Shown in pieces: positions 63,531-64,000 of a stretch of DNA of 64,000 bases. The stretch is taken from positions 36,644,001 to 36,708,000 of the forward strand of contig NC_087245.1 of NCBI RefSeq assembly GCF_037042905.1, given 5' to 3'. A program made the position numbers and the translations under genes. Within the stretch, counting starts at the first letter, position 1, and each line of letters starts with the position of its first letter. The DNA is from Lytechinus pictus. Lineage: Eukaryota. The notes below the pieces were generated by a model. It ran no database searches. It saw only the letters and a list, made by a program, of their open reading frames with translations, and had not been told where the DNA came from.

Positions 63531-64000
63531 ATATATCAATGATTGTTATTTCATGCATGTACAAACAGAAATAGAACCTAAACTGGCAGGGGTTATATAA
63601 TTTCATATTTTCAGAAATCGGTTATTTCTTTTCAGATCACATAACATCCCAAGACTCTGCAATCTCATCCAGAACCATAAATTTGCTATTACTCAAAGTC
63701 TAAATCTAAACACACAAATAAAGAAAATTTTTTTTAAAAACTAATCTTAAATGATTTATATGACTTTCAACATTACATTGGCACAATCACAGATTCTTCC
63801 CTTCTCAAAACGACAGTTTTGAATTCCCCAATTTCCCCCAAATTCTGCAGAAACCCAGCATGCATATTTAAAATGCATTCATGCAACATCAAAATGACAA
63901 AATCATCTACCATATCAGTTTACTCCTATGATTACCCATCATTCTAATCATATCACACCAAAGCATACGAGATCATGCAAAACAAGAGATCTGATATAAA

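Noticed and set aside
62842..63606. His-, Asp-, Met- or Ile-rich ORFs (also near 21.3k, 23k, 41.7k, 44.2k)
   Set aside because: Translations of (CAT)n, (TAGA)n and (GAG)n simple repeats
63640..63700. Possible upstream PIKfyve exon (TLSNSKFMVLDEIAESWDV)
   Set aside because: Acceptor is plausible but there is no convincing donor or recognisable motif

Overview
AT-rich, intron-rich animal genomic DNA; the repeat landscape suggests an echinoderm such as a sea urchin (inference). Two minus-strand genes lie in tandem. (1) The 5' part of an Sp1/3/4-type transcription factor (3 coding exons, 6843->804, with Sp box, Q-rich domain and Buttonhead box); its zinc fingers lie beyond the left edge. (2) The middle and 3' end of PIKfyve/Fab1, a PI3P 5-kinase: I reconstructed 28 phase-consistent GT-AG exons by hand (58862->18622) covering the CCT/TCP-1-like, CCR and PIP-kinase domains; the FYVE and DEP exons presumably lie beyond the right edge. 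Introns carry tRNA-derived SINEs, MITEs, Helentron-like elements, a Penelope GIY-YIG remnant with a hammerhead-like motif, LINE fragments and simple repeats. The most unusual signal is that PIKfyve exon boundaries have been tandemly duplicated repeatedly. The extreme case is a 4.4-kb array of about 36 x 122-bp units, each carrying the 3' splice site and first codons of one exon. All coordinates were read by eye; repeat edges are approximate.
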